In this document: piece after piece, positions 25,886 to 38,089 of the stretch | Layout: each line of letters begins with the position of its first letter | How positions within the stretch are numbered: position 1 is the first letter of the stretch | Assembly: GCA_026025075.1 (NCBI GenBank) | Contig: JAPEUI010000031.1 | Coordinates: 1 to 64,000, forward strand | DNA from: Vezdaea acicularis | Taxonomy: Eukaryota | Reading direction: 5' to 3' | DNA length: 64,000 bases | The notes under the pieces: model-generated | What the model was told of the DNA's origin: nothing | Seen by the model: only the letters and a program-made list of their open reading frames with translations | The model's database searches: none | Made by a program: the position numbers and the translations under genes

Positions 25886-28800
25886 ATGGCAGAACCTGGT
25901 AGCCTGGAGAGATTGAGGGATCTTCACGAAGATCTACTTGCCGTAGGAGAAGCTCGTTTGCCCAATATCGACCGTCTTTTGTATGAGTTAGAGACTCATC
26001 TGGACGAACTAAGAAAGTTACTGGATAAGCCGCCTAGGAGCACCCGTAATCGCGAGGAACTTTCAAAAGGTCCAACTTCTATTCTTTTCTTCCCCTAGAT
26101 TTGAACTTAAAGACTGACCGTGGGTCTAACAGGAGAAATAAATTTCGAAAATGAACCTTACAAAATCAATAAAGAGTTCGAGCTGTCTGCATTACAATTG
26201 GCGGACACGCTTGACCTCGATGAGCTTGAATCAGCGCGTCTACTCATGGCGTCCCAAATAGATGCGGAGACACTAGACAGGGATGTTATGGAGAGCGCAA
26301 TTGTTCGTTTCCACGAGAAGCGGCAGTACCTTCTGGAATGTATACGGCTAGCTCTCAAGCAATCTATTGACACAGAGATAGATCAATCTCTGCGAGCTAC
26401 GTTTCAAGCTGTGGTCCATGAGCTCGTCCATCCCTCGGAAGGATCTGAATCTTCCTTCACAGCCTTCTCTGAGCGATGCTTGAGAGCTATGGTAGAAATC
26501 GTCAATTGGCTGAAGCAGCTAGCAAAGAAGGCGGAGGGCATATCAGTGTTGGGCCAATCCCAACCTCCAGCACTCTCTGAGGTCATGGAGTATCAGCGGA
26601 TAAGTCTCATTCGTCAGCATGAATCACTCGGTTCAATTTTAGCCTATCTTACAAAAGCAAAAGCTCCACGTGTCGAAGAGCTGAAACCCCTTCTTCTAAT
26701 CTTGAAAGATGTGGATACTTATAATAGTATTCTTATTCACTATGTCCCGTATATGGGTGCTCTAATCTCCCATTTCGGGACCTCTAATGGTGCCGTGAAA
26801 TTGGCAGAAGCCAGGATGTTCAACCAGATGCTTATTCCGAATTCATCGTCTAGCAACTGGGGCCTGCGATGTTTTCAAGCGGCTACAAGAGTATGGTGGG
26901 TTAGTGAGTATAGTGGATGGTTCACAGGTTCTTCGGAGGATACAGCGCTCGGTGGCATTGATATTTCGAAGGAGGCCGCGGAAAGATCCTCTTTGTTCAA
27001 TAAGGCTCTTGATGACGGGGCCTTCGACTTTTTGATGTCCTTAAGTGTCGATGTCAAATACCAGGGCTGGGAAGATCCCATTCGCCATAGATTAAGGTCT
27101 TGGCTACAGACGAAGGCCCCGTACCTACCCGAAGATGCGGAACGTTTCTCCGAGGATTTCCAGATGTTAGTCGCGGAGCAGATTGAATCATTCATTGATG
27201 CATTTATTGGTAACATGCCTGATTCTCTACGGCAGTTGAGGATACAAGAAGACGAGCAGCGCCTCCTAACGAGCGAGCCGCGGACTTTTCAACATACTCA
27301 TGAGCTTGAGAAATTTTTGGTAATTATATCGTACGTGTATGAGCATCGAACCGACGCAGCACAAGCATTTTGGACGGATTCTGAAAGTAATCTCTTTGGA
27401 TTTTTGCATTGGGCTGCCAAACGACAAACAACGCCACGAGCAAGTGCCTTTTGTGAGATGCTGATATCAATCTCATCAGGTGTTGAAAATGCGACAGCAG
27501 CGCATAAATTCCTTCTCGATGACGGCTTGGCTGCCTCGGGAAAACTCAGACGAACAAATTCACTTAATTGGAATCAATTGTTCGCTGAGTTACAGTACTT
27601 CGCTACCAAATCAGGCGAACGGCCGGCAACTTCACAGTCCTTGATGTATACTGTTGGGAAGCCAACTTCCGCTCAAAGAGACTCGGAACCCGAAACTCAG
27701 ATGATGCTAGAAAGCTATCTTCGGTTGATAGCTCATCTTTGTTACGAGAGCTCTGATGCGAGGGACCAGCTACTTGAGCAAGCAGAGTTCCACCTCGTGG
27801 ATTTGATATTCGTTCTTTGCAGTGGAGGCATACCTAGTCGCATCCGTGCCTGTTCTTTCAAAGTTCTTCAGTCTCTTCTTCAGAACAAATCCCGATTGTT
27901 AGGCGAAAGTATATGGACTTCAATTGACACTTGGATGTCGGGGGGCATTTCAGGCGCCAACCTTGGTGCCTTGAAGCATGCACAGGCAGCGCCAACTCCC
28001 GCCTGGACAGGCGAGACCATATTCGAGACCATTGCGAGTGGATTCGAAGAGTCAAACGCGTTTGTTGGGCTCCTACAGTCTCTTGTCGCACCCTACGCGG
28101 ATGAGCTTGAGCTCTGCGACACTTTACCCTTTCCGGAGAACGTCGGATCCGCCACTCGTATGCCTGGCATAGAGATGTATGTCGACTTCGCGGTAGGTCG
28201 AGTCTTCGGATTGAAGAGCCCAGAAATCCAAATGAAAAGCCAACAGCGGATACTAAGATTGACTTGTCTTGATTTCATCTACACCTCATTATCTACATTT
28301 AATGAGGATCTCATCATCCTTGCCAACAAATCAAATATACCGGTAGACTCGGCAATCCGCACTTCTACTTTGGCAGTGTACGCTCAACTCCATCCTTTCT
28401 CTAGGACAATGGAATGGCTTTTCAACGAGAAGGTCTTGTCTGCCTTGTTTGCCGCAGCTCACGAAGATGTGACAGAAGTCAATGCTGCCTCTCCAGACTC
28501 CGTGCTCATACTGGGGTTGCTTCGAAGTATCGAGGTCATGAACCTAGTCCTAGATTTGCAATCGACATACCTTGACATTATTGGCCCGCTTGTGAAACTC
28601 AAGGGCTCCAACAGGCGCTCTCTTATCGCGAACCCGGCCATAGCGTTTTTCGAGGATGCAGTTCTCAATCAATTAAACCTTGTTGTTGACCTTGGCTTAT
28701 ACTGTGGTACAGCCCACCAAAACTTGACTATAGGTTCCCTTCAATTGTTGCAGAAGCTTGCAAGCTCTAGGAGGCTTGCCATCCCTTCAAGCACAAAATT

Positions 28801-31091
28801 CGGGCAACGCTCTGAGCAGAACAAGCTCATAGGCGTACTAGAGATGAACCATGAATCAGATCGAGTCTCAAGAGCGCTATCGTCACAAACTCAAGTCAAT
28901 CACAAAGATCTCGAACTGGGACCGGAGACTTCGGCTTACGTCATTAAGGCTAGCATAATAGCCTTCTTAAATAGCTGTCTTTCCACCACATCACATCAGC
29001 CAACGATCGCTCATCTACTCCTTGGATTCTCTTGCCAAGGCTCAATGATTGAGGTCGTCCCAGACGGGTTATTCGCAAATAGTCGGTCACTTTTCCACGC
29101 GGTCCTTCAAATCGCTTTATTCTTCCAAGATGAGAATACAGACTCCTTTCTAGGGTGGATGCTTCGATTGAGGTGTTCAGCCATAGGAGTGCTCGGCAAG
29201 CTTTGGAAGGCGCCACTGTCGTCCGTATACACCTTGACAGAGCTACGGTCGCATGATTATCTCTTTAATCAGTTTGTGCAACAAAGTGTTGTGAATACTG
29301 AGACTCTTTGGGACGGATATAAAATCTATGATCCGGAGTTCCTCATCACAGAGCATGCTGCTCCATGTCTGGTTGACTTCCTTAGTCAAAGAATCTTCCT
29401 ATTCGAATACGCCGCTGCAGAACTAAGGTTGATCGCGCAACAACAATCACCGACTTTGAAGGACCGTATATTGTCTACACTACTGGGATCTACAGTCACT
29501 CCGGAAGGCGACCAGATCTCGAATGCGTCGATCTTTGATCTATCTGATTTCTTAGAGCTCGAGCTAGGCGAAGCTATCGTACAACCCGTTCATCCATTTT
29601 TTGCAGACATCGATTTCACTATATGCACCAAGGAAGATACTGATGGGGTACTATACAGTGACATTCCGAGCATTGAAGAGCTCTTAGCGCTACGCCGCAG
29701 TGATTTACGCTCCCAAGGGAAACTATCGTCACCATTAGAAGAGCAAAATTTCAATTCAGAAGCGCAGATTCTGCTCTTGACCGCTCTCGCCAAAAACCGA
29801 CGAACAGCACTACAAAACAAACGTTCCCAAGCCCTCAAAACCTGGGTTCAGCTCATCTTTATAATTCTTTCAAGTGCAGATTTCTCGAGTAATACATGGA
29901 CGACATTCATACTCCAAGTATTACAAGTCACGCTTCCTAAATTAGAGAAGTATTCACTGGAGAATGCAGAGGAAGCGGCAGAACTTGCACGACTTTCTGA
30001 CGCCCTCATCCATAAACTTGACTTTACCTCGTCTGCATTCGAGAAAGGTAGAGCTGGTGATGTTGCGAATGACGTCCTGTTCCAGCTCTTTCGTGTCAGT
30101 CTTAGGTGTATTCATGCACCCGGAGAAATTATCGATCTTAGGAAATACTCCTATAGCACTTGTCTACGATACTTAGCGGGCATGGCAGAGGCAACTAAAT
30201 CAGGTGCGGTTTTAAGAAGATATAGTACCCAAACTATTCAGACGTCTGGGGATCGATTGATCGACGTGCTCTGCGATGATTGCTTGTCTGGGAGCGAGTC
30301 TTGTAGAGTATCCGCATTACTCTTGTTAGGTGTCTTTGTTAGCATTGCCAACCTCGAAGAATCGAGTTACTTAACGGAGTATTTCAATAGGCTTAATTTC
30401 ATTGGTATTCTTGTTGACTCCATCAAATCAATACCATTGGATCTACGAGAAGCTCAACCAAATGGTATCATCAAGTCTGTCGTTGCAGTGTAAGAGGCTA
30501 ACTAGATTGCAGATATCATCACTTTGCTCGACTACTACCATGCAAAGCTATCTCTTCTCCTTCGAATATCTCAGACTCGGCCTGGGGCAACTCTGGTTTT
30601 CAATGCAGGTCTATTTCAATCAGTCCAAGCCTCTGAACTTTTCTCTGTTGACCCGGACATGGGCGTTGGTAAGTGCACTATAATGCTTAGATTTGGCCTC
30701 GCTAAATGAATCAGAAATTGAGAACCCCGATTCTCTACAGCGCTTCTATGACCTCCTGCGCTCTGTGCTGCGAGTCATTAACGCTGTAGTTCTAAGCCGG
30801 GGACCACAAAACACTCAAACAGTCAAGTTGGCACAGCAATTTGTAACGACAAATCGAGCGTCCATAGTTGCGGTTCTTAAGCGGCACGCAAAGATAGGTG
30901 GCGTGCATGCGAACTCGAGCGGCGATTTAGATGATCTGGTTGATTGCTACGTTCTGCTGTTAACAACTTCAAAGTTCTTGGAGGTAATCCTTGGATTCGT
31001 CCCTTGCTCTCCCACTCCAAACCACTCTAATAAGTTCCAGTTGGATGAACAAGCAGCAATGCCGAGATCGTCCGGAATGCTGTTTACTTGA
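25886..31091 (+). CDS. NUP192: Nucleoporin Nup192/Nup205 (5 exons)
   Basis: Large helical protein with LADTLDLDELESA and LPFPENVGSATRMPGIEMYVDF. Introns near 26070-26132, 30465-30512, 30668-30714 and 30984-31040. Confidence 0.92.
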
Positions 31092-31645
31092 GGAACTCGA
31101 CGCATTTCTTACTTCGCAACCAAGATCCTGAAAGCGGCATGGAACCCCTATTTAGAGGATTCGCCAAAATAGGGAGACGAAAGGTGTTTGGAGAATAGAT
31201 CGTTATACCCTCTGGAAGGAGGCAGCAGATTGCTTCGTTCATACTAGCCTCTTCGGAAATGGACGTGGGTCAAAATTCAGATGTCTAGCTTGGCAATCAA
31301 CTGAATAGAACAACTGCTTGATATCGTATGTACTCCAACAGTCCACGCGCAGCTCTAGGATATCTGAGTCGATTTGCGTTTGTAGTATACAGGATCAAGC
31401 GTTCTAGTTTACTTAAGCCCCAATGAAGATGTTTCTGATTAATCAATAACAGCCTTGTCGATTGTCTTGGATTTCCCGTTCTGAGGTACGTTCAAGTCTC
31501 GCTTGATCACTACATTATCCTCAGAATCGTACCCTGTACCTCAGGGTCATGCGATTTCCATAGATGCCTACAAGGATGGCCAAATGGTCTGGTCTAAAGC
31601 GTTTTCGTTCATATCGAGTGGCTGGCCCTGATAGACCAAAGCAAA

Positions 31646-33269
31646 TCAGGCCTTTACGATTCCATACCAGACAAGCCCCATCACGCCTCCCAGCAAGATT
31701 GCCAGAGGCGTGCTCAAGTCAAACCACATCCCCCCAACAAAGCTGGTAACACTGACAGCGACCCACCAGGGATCATTGGCCAACGGGCTGCCCGCCTGGC
31801 TATCCTTACTCAATAGCCCAATCTGCCATAGGCGATAGACAGCGGTATATACCAGCCCCACAGCCGTAGCGTGTAATCCTCTGAGTAGGCACCGAAACCA
31901 CCTTTTGCCCCTGAGTATCCTCCAGAACGCCAAGAAGGCGGTCTGGACCCATATCCCAGGTAGGAAGATCGCCACAAACCCTAAAACTGCACCAAGGACA
32001 CTGGGCAGGTTTGTCTGATTGTAGATGGCGAGAGCACCGAGATAAACGGCAAAGTTGAAATTCGGGCCGGGGAAAGCTTGGATAAGAGCAAGCCCAAGTA
32101 AGAAATCTCTAGGGGAAACCCAGCCCTCGTTGACTATGTATTCACGTAGGAGCGGGATAACAACGGGACCACCCCCGAAGATTATGGTTCCAGCTAAGTA
32201 GAGATTGGCGAAAACATTATACACTATCGCCTTATGGCGAAAGACACCCCGTGTAACCATCAGTGCAATAAAAGATAGCGTAAAGCTGGCAAGGAGCAGC
32301 CAACCTGTTCCAAGGGACATAATAGTGATGTCATGACCTTGGGGCACGATTCGAGGTCCTTCCCGCTCAGCCTGACTGGTTTGTTCTATCGGACCTTCCG
32401 AGTTGAGCTCTATATCCGTGTTTGTTGTGATGCTGCTGAGCTGTTGTTCTTGATTCTGTCCAAACCTGCGGTTTATCCTCTGTATGATATTATGCGGCAA
32501 TCGGAGATCCCAGACGAGCGTTACTACTCCGCCAGTAGCCATCAGAACCGGGAAATACCATAGTGCTGTGTAGAGCATTCCTGCGATCCCACCGAAGGCT
32601 ACCAGTATCCTTGTCAACTTGTCAGTGATGGCTTTCTGGCTCAATTGCACTGCTGCAAGTGCGACAATGCCAACGGTGGCGGCATTGAGGCCCGAGAGGA
32701 GGGCATAGACAGGATCTGGGAGGGCACTGGTGATTCTTTGAATTCCGAGAGAGAGGGCGTACATCCCAAGAGCACCAGGGAGGCTTTCGTTGTCAATTTC
32801 GGGCTCAACGGGTGTTGATTTAGACAGAAGTAGGCATACCTCCAGAGAAAGAACGAGAAAGTCCCAACCACAAAGCCGTAGTGGATGCTGTTTATGCAAA
32901 ACAACATTTTAGTACTTCCGGGGCCCGGGAGGGCCTGGGATATGGCGAACAGCTCCTGCCACTAAGATCTTTAGGCTTGAGTTTCAATTTGAAGCACGCT
33001 TTGGTAGTACCATCTGTTCGTCAATCCACTGATGCTTCTCAACTAAAAGTTTGTGGAACTAATGTTAGGTAAGTGCAAAGGCTTCTAAGGTTGTCTTCAA
33101 GAATATATCCTACAATTTGAAAATGAACAGGTGGTCCACCAAAAGCAGTGAAGCCTAAATGCCACTGCACCTTGATAACATCTGCGATGCCTTCGTAAAC
33201 ACTACCATATGGGTTGGAACTTTTAGGTATATGCTTCCTAAGCTGAGAAATCAATGATGAGAGCGCCAT
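31646..33269 (-). CDS. Chromate transporter (CHR/ChrA family, two-domain)
   Basis: Signature motifs LGFTAFGGPPVH, SQALPGPGS, GTIIFGGGPVVIPLL and QAFPGPNFNF. Three short introns in the 5' part. Confidence 0.92.
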
Positions 33270-33501
33270 AGTTGGCGATTATGAAGCTCGTAGAAATAGC
33301 GTTTCGACATCAATTGCTCATGATTTGGACAAGAAAAAGCCAGTGATATGGGAGTGAGGGGCTACGCATGATTCGGGAAATTCCAATGGTTTAAGTCAAC
33401 GGAAGCTTCCGTCTATGGTCGGCTTTCACATATCAAAGGACGCTCTAGCTACATCACGACCTTCACAGCATCTATAACGTCACTATGCCATAGTTGCATC
33501 C

Positions 33502-36322
33502 ATGTCCAATCCCAGGAAGCTATCAGCACAGAGCACTTTATTAAACCACTTTAGCTCTTCGCAATCCAAGCCTCCGAAGGCTCGGAAACACCTCCCCGAT
33601 CAGAGCGTCTTGGCAGACCAAGCTCCCCCAAGTAAACGAGTCAAGCTTGATGCCCCACACTCTCCTTTGTCAAGAAGTGCAAAACCCGAGGCCATGCCAG
33701 CTTCTAAGTTTCCTTCTTCTGGGCCACAGCGCACTTTTATCGATCTGACCACCTCCGATGATCGTGGAGTCAAGACACCCGGGCTCCGCCTACAAACAGG
33801 TGCCAAACGAATAGCTATCAAGAACCTTCACAGGACCCCAAGACTTGATCCACAGGAGTATTTTCGAGAGAAGTGGGCAGAGGCAAGTGAAGCTTTAAAT
33901 GCGATTTTTGAGGGGAGGGAGCCTGAACATTCACGGGAAGAGTTATATCGCGGTGTGGAGAATATATGCAAGCAAAACGGAGGCCGGGAGTTATCCGGAC
34001 GCCTCGTCAGGAGGTGTTATGAACAGATAACTCAACACATAAAGCCCCACGTTCTAGCATACACCAACCGAGAATCTTTTGATCTCCTCAAGGCAATCGT
34101 GGAGAGTTGGAAGAAATGGTCAGACCAAGTAGTATGAGGTTCCGCCCCTTCAACGTACATACATTAAGCCACTGACAGCCGTTTAGTTTCTAATCAGAAA
34201 AATATTTTCATACTTAGACCAGTCCTATCTCCTCAATACTAAGGGGGAAGTTTCTATCCAGTTTATGACTGTCCGTCAATTTCGAAATGGCGTGTTTTTA
34301 GAGCAAAGCATAAGGACTAAGGCTCTAGAGGGCTTGTGTGACTTGATCGATAATGAACGAAAGGGCCGAACCTCCGCCGTTGACCCAAATCTCCTCAATG
34401 AAAGCCTGAAAATGGTCCGTGGACTTGATGTCTACCGATCCAATCTAGAGTCCAAATTAATCGCTGAGTCAGAGCTGTTCTATACAGCCTTCAGTGAGGA
34501 TACAAGTTCTAGCTTAGATCTTGCCAGCTATCTCAAAGCGATCAAAGACCTCAGTACTACAGAACAGACTCGTTGTGATCACTATGGTCTTGATCAGTCA
34601 ACTAGATTTCAACTCGCGAAACTGAGAGAGAACATTTTTCTCAATAATAAACTACCTATGCTGACAGAACCGGCATCTATTTTCAAACTCCTTGACCGCC
34701 GTGATGAGGAGTCACTTCAACTATTATACGCGTTCCTTAAAGACATTATGATGCAGGATAAGCTGAAAAAGCCATGGGCTGACTACATAATAGAGCAGGG
34801 TACCGCTATTGTCAGTGATCTTGAAAGAGAAGATCAGATGGTCATTCATCTTCTTGAGCTTAAACAGACCCTAACAAATATTCTTATGCAATCTTTCCGG
34901 AAGAACGATGATTTGGGCGTGACCCTTCGTAATTCATTCGCCACTTTTATCAACGCGCGGAAGCAAGGGACTTCATGGACCGGTAATAACTCCAAGGTCG
35001 GAGAAATGATTGCCAAATATATGGACATGCTACTTAGGGGTGGTGTTAAGGCAGTCCCTCAAAGCCTGGGTGGGGCTGGTTCTCAAGCGACCGCCAAAGT
35101 CGATGAGTTGGAAGAAATGCTCATCGATGAAGATGCGGAGCTCGAGAGCCAACTAACCCTGGTCTTGGACCTTTTTAGGTTCATTGAAGGGAAAGATGTT
35201 TTTGAGGCGTTCTACAAGAAAGACCTTGCGAGACGACTGCTTATGGCGAGAAGCGCGAGCGCCGATGCCGAGAGAAGTATGCTAGCTAAGTTGAGGAGCG
35301 GTAAGTAGCTATGAACAGTCACCCCTGAAGCCTATTTGGAAGAGTATGAGCTGACATTTTACAGAGTGTGGGGCTGGCTTCACTCATAATCTAGAGCAGA
35401 TGTTCAAGGATGTGGACCTCGCGAGAGAGGAGATGGCTTCTTACAAGGTGTTACAGAGGGATCGGGGTAGTAAGGACAAAATAGACCTTAGTGTCAATAT
35501 TCTCTCGGCATCCGCATGGCCATCGTACCCTGACATACCGGTAAATATCCCTTCGGAGATTGCGTCTATTATCGACAAATTCGACCGTCACTATAAGAGT
35601 CAGCATACAGGACGGCGCTTGACATGGAAACATGCTTTAGCCCACTGTATAGTCCGAGCTTCTTTTCCGAAAGGTACCAAAGAACTTGTCGTCAGTTCCT
35701 TTCAGGCAATCATTCTCTACCTCTTCAACGGATTGGGGGATAGTGAAAAGTTGTCTTATAGTGAAATCTCGTCGGTAACTGGCCTTGGTAAGTATAACCA
35801 ACTTCTCCCCCCAAATCCCACATATTACATCGCCTAAAGTTGAGCAGCGGATGCCGAGCTTGAACGTACTTTACAGTCTCTAGCATGCGCTAAATTTCGA
35901 GTTTTAACGAAAACTCCCAAGGGGCGCGATGTGAAAGTGAACGATATGTTTCAGGTTAATCTTGGCTTCTCGGATGCAAAGTATCGGATTAAGATCAATC
36001 AGATTCAACTGAAAGAGACGAAGGAGGAGAATAAACAGACGCATGAGCGTGTCTCACAAGACCGGCAATATGAAGCGCAAGCTGCAATCGTTCGCATTAT
36101 GAAATCTCGGAAGGCAATGTCACATGCCTTGTTGGTAGCGGAAGTTATTGAGCAGACAAGGAAGAGAGGTCAACTAACGCCGCAGGAGATCAAGAAGAAC
36201 ATCGACAAGTACGCTGCTTCCTTTCCGTTACCTTCGTCAACTATTTTGCTCACTTCTGCAGGTTGATTGAGAAAGATTACATTGAGCGGAACGAGAAGGG
36301 CGGCTACACCTATCTCGCTTAG
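33502..36322 (+). CDS. CUL4: Cullin-4
   Basis: SREELYRGVENIC, GKDVFEAFYKKDLARRLL, neddylation motif IVRIMKSRK. Last exon LIEKDYIERNEKGGYTYLA*; 4 introns. Confidence 0.93.
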
Positions 36323-36604
36323 ACTCCCCCGTTTGCTGTAACCAAATTCCCATGCAGGTTAGATCACTACAACTAAGGACGCCTTCTGGACCACTATACA
36401 TGTGACTACGTAGCCATCCTAATTCCACTCATCAGACGCAGCTCCCAGCACAGGGCGTCGTTGCAAAGTATATATTCGACGTGATAGCTTGAGCTATGAG
36501 CCAGATGCAGAATAATTTTTCACTCCAATCTTGCTTCGAAAATATAACTCAACCAAGCTTGACTTGAAATAATGGCAGTGAGGTCAGAGGTTTAGAATTG
36601 CTTC

Positions 36605-37274
36605 TTATTCAGCTGTAAATGTTGTATACTCCTCTCCACTCATCAGCTTATCGAGCTCGCCTTTGTCCTTAACCTTGAGCTTAGCAATCCAACCATCTCC
36701 CTCTGGTCCTTTATTGATTTCTGAAGGCTTCTCTTCCAATATACCATTTGTTTCAATGACGGTCCCACTGACTGGTGTCAGGATATCTGATGCCGACTTC
36801 ACAGACTCTACCGCTCCCATAGAATCGCCTGCGCTTACTTCAAGATCAAGTGTAGGTAATTCAACGTACACAACATCGCCAAGAGATTTGGCCGCATATG
36901 TTGAAATGCCGACCGTTCCTACGGTAAGAGGTTAAAAACAACCTTCTAGAAGCTTGGTGGGGAAAAGTGGGATTGCTTACCAGTTGTGCCATCACTAGAC
37001 AGCTCAATCCACTCGTGGTCCTCTGTGTACTTCTTCTCCTGAGCTATATAGTAGATGATATATTAGGAACCAATTTGCATGAGAACTAAAGTCGCAAGGT
37101 GGCTCCATGCCAAAAGGTCGCTACCCTCTCTTACGTACCAATTGAAGAGAGCGAGAACGCCCTCATGGTAGGCCGGTACTGGATGACACATTGGAAGCTT
37201 AACCTTGGATATACCGTGTTTCTCATACATCTAGCGCCTAGTGGTCTAGCAATTCGTGCAATTGGTATTGCCAT
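36605..37274 (-). CDS. GCV3: Glycine cleavage system H protein
   Basis: Lipoyl motif GAVESVKSASDI, KYTEDHEWIEL exon, Arg-rich presequence from the ATG at 37274; 2 introns. Confidence 0.95.
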
Positions 37275-37409
37275 TTTTGAAGGTTAAATTGTAAAGCGGA
37301 GCCGTGAACGTCTGCCGAAGGAGCAGAAGCGCGCTTAGTCATGCGAATCGGAAAGAAGTCGACGTTCCAGAATCCAGAGCGTTTAACACATTCATACTAG
37401 AAGTATAGA

Positions 37410-37949
37410 ATGCTTTACGAGCTGATAGCAATCGTGAGTCCTGGAATCAAATCGTGTGTTTTCGTCTTAACTGAGCGTCTACAGGTCCGGCCGGGCAACC
37501 TCAATGAAGTAAAAGAGTGCGACAAACTATCCTGATACCTTCCAACTCTACTAATCAAGCCTAGAATCGCCCGATCAACAGGCCAACAAATTCTCACCGG
37601 TGGCGGCGTGATACGGGGGCTTCGAAACTGGGGCGTCTTTTCTCTTCCTAAACGGTTACGCAAGCATCAAGCATGGCACCAACAAGGGCACTACTTCATC
37701 ATGCAGTTCGATAGCTCGGCAACAATACAGACAGCGGTTACAAAGAGTTTAGGCCTGGATCCTAGGATGATACGGTTTAGCTTGGTTAAGCTCGGCAGTC
37801 GCCTGAAGGACATGAAGGACTTTTCGGGTGAGATAAGATGGAAGGATGGTGGTCATTTGGAGGATGCAATGAGGGATAGTCCTGTGGGTTCGAGAATGAA
37901 AGCTGCATATCCAACAGACAGGATCACAAGTGCCTTCGAAGCAAAGTGA
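37410..37949 (+). CDS. MRP17: Mitochondrial ribosomal protein bS6m
   Basis: MLYELIAI|VRPGNLNEVKE|IARSTGQQILTGGGVIRGLRNWG...LGLDPRMIR; 2 short introns. Confidence 0.92.
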
Positions 37950-38089
37950 CTGGTAGGGGTATATGTATGATTTATAATACGTGGTTTAATATTTACAAAA
38001 GTATCAGGTCGTAGGGGAGAGACATCACTGAATGAGCCTGAGCCGAAAAACGTGATCCCAAACTCCAAAACTCCACTTGATGGAAACGC

